This document shows, one piece after another, positions 10,135 to 18,458 of a stretch of 18,458 nucleotides of DNA. Each line of letters opens with the position of its first letter. Positions within the stretch are counted from its first letter, which is position 1. The stretch covers positions 20,034,538 through 20,052,995 of the forward strand of contig JANKJI020000002.1 of the NCBI GenBank assembly GCA_024626585.2. The letters run 5' to 3'. The notes below the pieces were generated by a model. That model had not been told where the DNA came from. It ran no database searches and worked only from the letters and a program-made list of their open reading frames with translations. The stretch is from Ginkgo biloba. Taxonomy: Eukaryota > Plantae > Ginkgophyta. The translations under genes were made by a program, and so were the position numbers.

Positions 10135-10890
10135 ATTTTTCCCGTTTTAACTAAACCCTGGCTCAACGACAATCCCTCTGGTTTTGGTGGCAAATCGAAA
10201 CCCGTAAAAAAAAGGTAAAGAACAAAGTTTGGGAAGGAATTAAGCTACATGATTACATAGAAGGTTGTTTATGTATGGTCAAAGTTGAGACGTGGGTTAG
10301 TGGAGCAGGCTCAGGATGGGGACATTGATAACCATGGTAAAAGTAAGGTAGGTGTGCTCGGTTAAGGGTCCATTGGAAGACGTAGAGGTTATGAATGTAG
10401 GACATAATTTAGTGCTTGAGCCATAGACAACTCTATATGAACTCACCAATTGATTACGCATAAGAGCCATTTAAGAGTATGTGTTCAAGATGACTAGCAA
10501 GAACTAAAAGAGAGACTTGATAAAAATCTATTCTATGAAATCTTTATATATGCTTCGAGGTCAAATCAATCTCATAAATATTATTACAATAATTATAAAT
10601 GATGATAGATAGGAAGGATTTATAATTGTGTATTTTTTAAAGGATATGAGCAATCAAAGTGCCTTGAATACCAAACGCAACCCATCTATTACTTTTCTTT
10701 CAATGAATGATGATTTTAAGGTATGGGGTCCATTATCAATCAATCATTCTAGCAACAATTTCTAACAGTTCATGGGTTGCACCTCATCTCTAACTCCAAG
10801 TAGGTTCCATTTGAATGTTCTCTTACTCCTTTGTGCCAAATTCTATTTCGATCATTCGAACCTCAAACTCTTTACTTTCATCTTTATAGG

Positions 10891-11040
10891 GCTTCGCTCT
10901 CTAAAGTCTCATCTTTTGAACTTCCACCTTCCAAACTTTTATCTATTGAACATCCATTCTCCGGGATTCCATCTTCTAGGCTTCCATTCTCCAGACTTCT
11001 ATCCTTTGATCTTCCACTCTGCAAATTTCTATCCCTTAAC
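10891..11040. repeat. Ten-copy 15-bp tandem repeat with 30-bp higher-order alternation
   Basis: Units such as cttccaccttccaaa / cttttatctattgaa / catccattctccggg / attccatcttctagg / cttccattctccaga / cttctatcctttgat / cttccactctgcaaa. Confidence 0.8.
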
Positions 11041-13390
11041 TTTTGGTTTTCTATCTTTTGGGGTTTTTAAATTCAAACATCCAATCTCCAAGATTTTGTT
11101 TTCAAGACTCTTGCACTTCTAACTTTTGGCTTTAGGAAATCCATCTTCTTAGCGTCTACCCCTTCTCCCACCGAGAGACATACATGAAGGTTTTCTCCCT
11201 AATGGAGAGATTTTTTCTTTCTAGACTATAGACAACTTTTCTCTCTAGACGATGAATAACTCCTATTACAAGCTCTCCAACTTGATATGTAGAACCTATG
11301 TCATACTCAATAAATATACAATCAATAAACCTACTCTGAGACAATATACTCAAAGAGTTGTAGTCCAATGACTTAGCAAGACTAAGAGAAGCTTATATGT
11401 TGGATGANNNNNNNNNNNNNNNNNNNNNNNNNNNNNNNNNNNNNNNNNNNNNNNNNNNNNNNNNNNNNNNNNNNNNNNNNNNNNNNNNNNNNNNNNNNNN
11501 NNNNNNNATTCAAATGGTGGTGCGCAGAATCTTTGTCTCCTCTTCAGGTTTTCTCTTAGAAATCTGCTCACTCTTCCTTTGTCCAACTTCTTTTGGGGGC
11601 AAAATTCCAAATTCACTATTGATCACTGTCGAAGGAATTCTTGCAATGTATTTGGTAATTAATCAGTTTTAGGAGCAGTCAACACAAATTGAGATATGCT
11701 TGATCTCTTCCTTTCTCTCTCCCCTGCCTCTGTTTCTCCCTCCATTAACAACTTTGTAGGTAGTTGTATCTTCTTCATCAATGCACCAATGCCATATTGA
11801 ATCAAGGGGCTTTAGACTACAGTTACAAATGACAACTACAAAATCCAAAAGGAAGATTATGCCAAGCTCTTTTACTTCCTTTAACATGTATCTCAGACAA
11901 CGTCTACATTTCTCCAATTAGAAAACTAAGTCCTTACATTCGTGGAGCCTCTCATTATATACATACTCACGAAGCAGAGATAAAGAAGATAATTTTCACC
12001 ATTAGAGATGGGCACTAGGCCTTGTTTGGGAAAGTCTGTAGCAGTGTTTGATATTGTGATATCTGGGAAGAAGAGATAAGCATCCAGAACAATTAAGCTA
12101 GAGAGTGGGATATTTAATAGATAAATTATATGCTAACTTCTAAGAGGTCTATATGTGAATTTTGTTTGCCGAGGTTTTGACACCAAAGTTATTGGTCATA
12201 ACTTTTGGAATAATTAATGTTATTTCATTGTAACATTAATTTTTCATGTAATTATTTAATTAATGATATAATTAGTTACTAATTATAACTTCTAAAGGAA
12301 GTTATGAGATGGTTATTCTTTGGGCATCTATTTATGGACCCCGCACCCATTGTACCATCAATCCTAATAGAATATCCAAACAGTTAATTAGATCATTAGA
12401 GACTTCGCTATGTAGTCCAAGTTTCTCATGAATTTCCTTCCTCAAATTTTCATTGGTATTATTAAACAAAACCTGAAATTTGATTTTGGCTCCATACACT
12501 TTTGAAAAAGCTTGCATCCAGATTTATGTTTTCAATAATGTGGCTCTCACAATTAGAATGTTATTGTTTTCATAGCTCTTTGGCATCGCCCCAACTCATC
12601 TATATGTGATCCCACTTTGTATACATAAGAGTCAATCCTTTGTAGTATGATACTGATCCACCCACACGATTTGTGATTTCAAGAATCCATCTGCCACATA
12701 TGCATCCTAAGCTTAACGTATCTCGTTATTTTAGGAATTTATCCCCTACTTGTGGTTTTTGGAATCCATCGCACACATAGGGCATCCAGATAACATTATC
12801 AGTGGGTCTTGTAAGCATTAACCATTCATCAACGCAAATACCTGAAGCTCATTTAGGTCATATAAGGGCACTCAACCCAGGCACCCAACATCAGAACAAT
12901 CCATGTTATTCAACCATACATTCCACCATATCCATGGGAAAATTCACATTGATTTAAGGTTAACTTATAGTAATAAGACCTAATAACAACCTTAAGCAAT
13001 ATGAATTCTTTCCAAGAAGGTTTCCAACCCTTAGTTCATGTCTTCAACAATTCTAATGTCTTTTTATATTTAACAAAACCCTAGCCCAAAGTTTCTGGTC
13101 AACTATTTGCAACTCTACTTTAGCTTTGCTACAAAATTGTTTCGATTCTAGTTCAAAAATATGCTCCCACTTAAAGATCAAATTTTCTGCAAATGCTCCA
13201 CTAGTAAGGTAACTTAGAAATTTGACCTTCCAACCTCAATATGGGGTCTAACACCCCACTCCTTATACCCTTCTAGATTCCACTCTTCAAAGCACATTCA
13301 ATAAGATCAGACCGAATTGGAAATGATGATTTTCTATTGTTTCCTCTCCCAAATCTGTAAAAATTCCAACACATAATGATGTATAAAAAG

Positions 13391-13509
13391 CAGAGTCGTC
13401 GGGTGTGCATCCTCGTCCGACAGGGGACCCATACCTGGGACACAAGTACAAGTGCGTCCCGTACCAGGGACGGTCAGGACATGCTCGATCGAACCTCAGT
13501 GCCGTCCCC
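13391..13509 (+). mobile_element. GC-rich terminus of a non-autonomous DNA transposon (hAT-like), copy 2
   Basis: Begins CAGAGTCGTC; gap-free homology to 7817-7935. CAGAGTCGT recurs at 14714 (next to a gap) and 15732. Confidence 0.6.
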
Positions 13510-14696
13510 GCAAGGACACGCGAGTGTCCCTAGGTCGGGGATGAAAAAACTGTATTCAGAGCTTCTGGTTTCAAGAGGCTTGATAAGCAACTTGAGCTTG
13601 TTACACACTTGGTTTCAGNNNNNNNNNNNNNNNNNNNNNNNNNNNNNNNNNNNNNNAAGGAAGGAGGAAGTGCAATGCATAGGCCTGTCCTTGGCAAGGT
13701 GATCCATGAAATACTTGTAGAACTACTTTTGTCGACACTAGAGTTAGATATAAATGTTCATAACAAAAATGGCAAGATTGTTGTTGATATATTAGAATTG
13801 AATCTCCTCTCGGGTATAACATCAAAGCCACTACTCATGTGGCTCGCTTCAACAGGTGGGAGAGCAACGCATTCCAAGGATTTGACTACAAACAACATAA
13901 ATATTTCTCATGTCAAGAATCAAGGTCCTGATAACAACCCAGGTACATCATTCAGAGTTGCAGATACAGATATCACTTTATACACAGTTTGAAGAAGCAT
14001 CTAGGTAGGTTAAAGTTGTTGAGGAGCTTTCAGACAAATCCTCTAGAAGGCTACGTGCATGCCCAAACATTGATTGCCATGACCATGCCAGTTTTAAAAA
14101 CAATACAATCAAGTATTATATTGGGAACCAAAAGCAGCTTGGTTCAGTTAACCAAGTCAAACAACATCTTGCAACTCTTCTTGGATGGTCACATGAGCAA
14201 AGTAGCTTTGGAAAACATGATAAGCAAATGGCAAAAGGTAAACAGGATACAAAAACCAGGTCAAAGACATCTGCAAAAGAGGGAGCATTTGCCTAAATAA
14301 TGCACACTAAGGAGTGCCTTCATCATGGAAGGTCAGCTAAGAATCCATCTCCACTAAGGCAATGATTCTCAAAAACTTCAATGTCAAGTAATTAAAGCCA
14401 TTCGTTGGCAGAAAAACTCCACCAAGTCCATAAACCAAGTGCAGGCTTACAACACTTTGTGCTCAGGATATCGATCAGATCATGTCACCCATCATTTCAC
14501 CATTCACATCACCTTCAAGATTGATTTCTCAATCACCAATATCATCTCCTTCGACATTGGTTGCAAGAATAAAGTATTTCATTCACAACAATGGGGCCAT
14601 GGGCCATGGCATATGGTTTCAAGTTTCACTAGATGGAGTATTGTAATTTTAATTTGCAATCTATTTGATATTTATTATGTTTAAATTTTAAATTTT

Positions 14697-14714
14697 ACAC
14701 ACACACACACACAC
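14697..14714. repeat. (AC)9 microsatellite
   Basis: Directly visible; runs into CAGAGTCGT and then a gap. Confidence 0.9.
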
Positions 14715-14790
14715 AGAGTCGTNNNNNNNNNNNNNNNNNNNNNNNNNNNNNNNNNNNNNNNNNNNNNNNNNCATGCAACCTTGATAAAAA

Positions 14791-15255
14791 GTGACCTTTT
14801 GACCCCATCTAGAGTCCATATTACCAAGTGTCATACCTTTTTAGAAACAAGAAGACAAAGTGCTTTCAATGGTGCTATATGATCACTAGTCGTTTGAGGC
14901 CATTGGGCTTTAAAGATTTCTGGTTTTAATCATGAATTTCTAAAAATTTTAGCACAACATTATTTACCAAAAAGTGATTTTCTAACTCTGTTTAGAGTCN
15001 NNNNNNNNNNNNNNNNNNNNNNNNNNNNNNNNNNNNNNNNNNNNNCACATCTAATAAGGCTAGACTGAATTTGATCATAGATCATTTAATCCAAGTCATC
15101 CTCCTTTGAGATCTCTATCTTTGCTCTAGAAAATAAAAAAATTTCAGCACAAAATGATATAGTAATATTGACCTTCCATCACCATTCAAAGCCCAAAATA
15201 CTAAGTATCATACCTTTTTGAAAACAAGAAAACAAAGCACATCTATTGGTGCTAG
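14791..15255 (+). repeat. Dispersed direct repeat pair (~85 bp, offset ~377), likely DNA-transposon subterminal repeats
   Basis: aagtgtcatacctttttagaaacaagaagacaaagtgctttcaatggtgcta (~14826) versus aagtatcatacctttttgaaaacaagaaaacaaagcacatctattggtgcta (~15203). Confidence 0.7.
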
Positions 15256-17797
15256 ATCAAATTCAATCGTAGAGCATTTAAGCCAGTCATCCTCCTGAAA
15301 GAAGGTAATTCTACTTGAAAATCTGCAATTCCAAGGCCTTCCTACGAATCGCCTTAGTTCTGCTCTAATGAATTCACTTTCAGCTCACAAATCTGCAACT
15401 TGCATGCCCTTCTAAGGCTTTTAGATTCTTAGGTGTACTCAAAATGTCTGTGCCGACAATTTGTTGGCCAAACTAGGCCTTTGGATGTTATGACAAATTC
15501 AAAAATGGTAACTCACAGCAAGTTGTTGATAGTTCTGCTTCCTTCAAGTCACATTTAATAGGAGAGAGAAGGGTGCCACAGATGTTTGATTTCTTAGTGT
15601 GATGATACAAATGAGGCTTCCAATCCTACTGATACTTCTTCCAAGTCATCTGATAGGATTCCAAAACCCATGTTTTTAAGCTGACCTTGATCTTTGTGTA
15701 TATACTATATTGTAATCCTTATGGCCCCTCGCAGAGTCGTCTGGCTCTTAGAGAGTCGCTGCAACTCTTAATGGTTAAGCCTTAAGCCATACTGTTGGGA
15801 CCACTAGTATTCCAATAACATTAACAAGTTGCTCTAAGATCCAATCATTATTTTAGCCTTAAGTGGGGCCCACCCTTGCCTCCAGATGGGCATGCAACCA
15901 CTCAGTTCCAAACTAATGAGAAAGGCTATACTTTTAGATGATTGTCTCTATCAAAATAGTGAGGTTTGTTGTCTTCAAAAGCCACTATAAACTCCAATGC
16001 CTTCAAATACTAATTGATTTGTTGGAGTACAATACAGAGAATGTTTTAATTTGTATTATAAATTGACCAGGCCATAACATCTTTTCTATCAAAACAACTT
16101 TCTCCCCAAACAACGTATAGCTTTTCTCCCTGGACGACAAACAACTTTTCTTCCCAAGTGGTGTGGACAGTGAACAAAAAGCCCTACCAGAAACTACTAG
16201 CTATAAATATTAAATATTGATTTGCATGGTTGCATTGTATTTGTAAAAGACNNNNNNNNNNNNNNNNNNNNNNNNNNNNNNNNNNNNNNNNNNNNNNNNN
16301 NNNNNNNNNNNNNNNNNNNNNNNNNNNNNNNNNNNNNNNNNNNNNNNNNNNNNNNNNNNNNNNNNNNNNNNNNNNNNNNNNNNNNNNNNNNNNNNNNNNN
16401 NNNNNNNNNNNNNNNNNNNNNNNNNNNNNNNNNNNNNNNNNNNNNNNNNNNNNNNNNNNNNNNNNNNNNNNNNNNNNNNNNNNNNNNNNNNNNNNNNNNN
16501 NNNNNNNNNNNNNNNNNNNNNNNNNNNNNNNNNNNNNNNNNNNNNNNNNNNNNNNNNNNNNNNNNNNNNNNNNNNNNNNNNNNNNNNCTAACAACATTAA
16601 TATTTGAACATGCTTCACAAATTTTTAGCTGCAGATCCAATTTTGGTCTTAATCTTAAAAAATTATCAATTATGGTATCACATAGATATCATATTTTAAA
16701 TGACATGCAGCAAATTTTAGATTTCACTTTTCAGATTTTATAAGCAATGAATTTCAAAACACCATTAAGATGGAGCCAGCAGAAAACAGGAAACAATTCT
16801 GCGAAACANNNNNNNNNNNNNNNNNNNNNNNNNNNNNNNNNNNNNNNNNNNNNNNNTACAAACCTATCTGAAAACAATAAAATGGGTTTGAAATCTTTAA
16901 CTAGAAAATACAGCTGAATTTTCGGAAGTCACATCCTTCACGTCTGGATTCCATTTTTTTTAAATGAAATATCATTGCAAAGGTATCAAACTGAAGTAAT
17001 GACAGGTATCCTCCTAGGATCACACAATGAGAACACATCACATGTGCAGCCTCAGATGATTGTTCAGCAAACGCTATCATTCTAAAACCCTTTGGTGATT
17101 TTGGAGTTGTGGGTGTGGACCCCACACCCTACATTTGATATTGAATGCTTGACTCTTGCTACCTTTGCACTAATACTAGGTATATCACACTACTAGAGCA
17201 TAGTCCGCTCGGAATACAGCTTCTACAAGCTAATTTTTCAGTTTTGTACATTAAAGTAACATTTTTATTATTATCGATGTTGCTTTACAGCAGAGGATGG
17301 ATATTACTTATGCACTCATTTGTTGTACAAAGTATGCATGTATCCTGCAGTCCCATTGACAACCCCCATGGAAATTTACTAATATAAATGTTTTCCTTCT
17401 TTCATCTTCTAATCTGTTGGGCATACTGTTTTGGGAGACAATGAGATGTGCTTCCCAGGTAAATAACCATAACAAATGGTAACAGTACTTGAATTTAGCA
17501 TGAAAGAGATGAGAATCAGGCATTGATTTTTTCGATCATTGTTTGGTAAAGTTTCTGCAAAGAAGAATACGTAGGAGAGTTTCTACACTGAAGAGAACCT
17601 TACAACAAAGGGAATTACAATCAAACTACAACTAGCGACAAGTATGATTTCCATAAGAAATGTTTATAGATTCTTTTACATATTATTATCAGATTTCACT
17701 AATGAATGCTACAGAAGAACTCAGTAAACAAATACAGATCAGATGATATTTCAATAGAAAATTGAGTTCTACTAATGTAATTATATCAAATACTGAC

Positions 17798-17835
17798 CCA
17801 AGTGTGTGTTTCATCCAATTCTTGTCATCTCTTGT
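17798..17835 (-). CDS. SDH1: Succinate dehydrogenase flavoprotein subunit, penultimate 38-bp exon
   Basis: Acceptor gtgcAG|ACA, donor GG|GTcagt; encodes TRDDKNWMKHTL(G), the conserved RDDxNWMKHTL motif. Phases fit both neighbours. Absent from the ORF track. Confidence 0.95.
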
Positions 17836-17934
17836 CTGCACACCAATTACAATTAGCTTTTAGCCATGTCACAATTGTGAGAATCAAGACTATAGAGAAA
17901 ATGTAAAAAGGTTTTAACATAAATATTGTATTAC

Positions 17935-18055
17935 TGTGAAGTCTTCACGCGCATGTGCTCCTCTGCTCTCCTTCCTAGCTTCAGCAGAGTGCATCGTAAT
18001 GGAAGCATTAATTAGAAGATTCTCCAGTTCAATTGTCTCTGTCAAATCTGAATTC
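17935..18055 (-). CDS. SDH1: Succinate dehydrogenase flavoprotein subunit, exon (3rd from last)
   Basis: Acceptor tttcAG|G, donor ACA|GTaata; 121 bp encoding (W)[40 protein letters not shown], with the SdhA/FrdA C-terminal hallmark [12 protein letters not shown]. Confidence 0.97.
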
Positions 18056-18165
18056 CTGAAATGAGAGTCAAAATAACAAGTAAAAGGTTTAGATCCAAAT
18101 AAACTTTTCAAAAAAAAAATTCCCCAGCATACGCTTTCAACTACTCTCAGACACATCCTACCAAG

Positions 18166-18308
18166 GGTCAGTAACCTTTATTGGATATTTGCATGCATGC
18201 CATGTCAGACTCCTTTCAGTTATCTTAAATCCCCACTGGACAGTAATCTTCACTTGAGAATCGCATACATACCATATCAGACTCCTGTCGGTTATCTTGA
18301 CATCCCCA
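18166..18308 (-). repeat. 72-bp tandem duplication spanning an SDH1 exon 3' end and its splice donor
   Basis: 18238-18308 versus 18166-18235, 56/71 identical by hand alignment. Confidence 0.9.
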
Positions 18309-18342
18309 AAGCTCTCCCAAGTTTCATCAATTAGCTTACACC
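18273..18342 (-). CDS. SDH1: Succinate dehydrogenase flavoprotein subunit, internal exon (4th from last)
   Basis: Acceptor tgtatcAG|GG, donor TG|GTatgt; 70 bp encoding (G)CKLIDETWESFGDVKITDRSLI(W). Matches the plant SDH1 segment GCQLIDKAWESFxDVxxKDRSxIW as recalled. Upstream exons lie beyond the window. Confidence 0.93.
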
Positions 18343-18458
18343 CTGATACATTATCCAAGTGTCAATTAAGCTTCCATTGAAAAATACTTTGAGGTCTATG
18401 TCACAAATGCCATTGCATGAAATAAAAACCTTGATGTCATCTTCTCCATTTGTTATGG

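Larger units (their letters stand above)
4264..17797 (-). other. Last intron of SDH1 (~13.5 kb including N gaps), transposon-filled
   Basis: GT at 17797-17796, AG at 4265-4264; the phase-2 junction joins KHTLG to YWE with no missing conserved residues. Confidence 0.88.

Noticed and set aside
9372-10154. Long ORFs of 208-260 aa (and similar ones at 16184-16743, 11350-11672, 6705-6944)
   Set aside because: Their length comes from N runs translated as X; only the SF3B1-like start at 10134 is meaningful.
7817-10260. One Pack-type element from CTGTGTAGC (7817) to GCTACATG/TTACATAG (~10245-10260) carrying the SF3B1 fragment
   Set aside because: The inverted match is weak, there is no GC-rich subterminal region at the right end, and the flanks (CCTTTTCC versus AAGGTTGT) give no target-site duplication.
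11156-13370. Assigning a TE family or protein to the short minus-strand ORFs here
   Set aside because: It looks like decayed TE sequence (including a small ~79-bp-offset repeat at 12671/12750), but I can identify no diagnostic motif.

Overview
Eukaryotic (land-plant, gymnosperm-like by intron size and repeat style; inference) scaffold with many N gaps. The minus strand carries the last four coding exons of the mitochondrial succinate dehydrogenase flavoprotein gene SDH1 (18273-18342, 17935-18055, 17798-17835, 4161-4263). They splice GT-AG in frame to ...[110 protein letters not shown]. The last intron is about 13.5 kb and holds transposon debris: an L1/Tx1-type LINE RT, a Gypsy PPT+LTR remnant and GC-rich DNA-transposon ends. 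It also holds a CpG-rich fragment encoding the N-terminus of splicing factor SF3B1, cut by a gap. Left of the gene is a PPT plus a ~2.6 kb 3' LTR (395-3034) containing a 12-copy, ~97-bp-period array of a palindromic motif (TGAGAT-N16-ATCTCA) with much more variable spacers. Most ORF-track entries are spurious or gap artefacts. No prokaryotic system, CRISPR-cas locus or RNA gene is supported.
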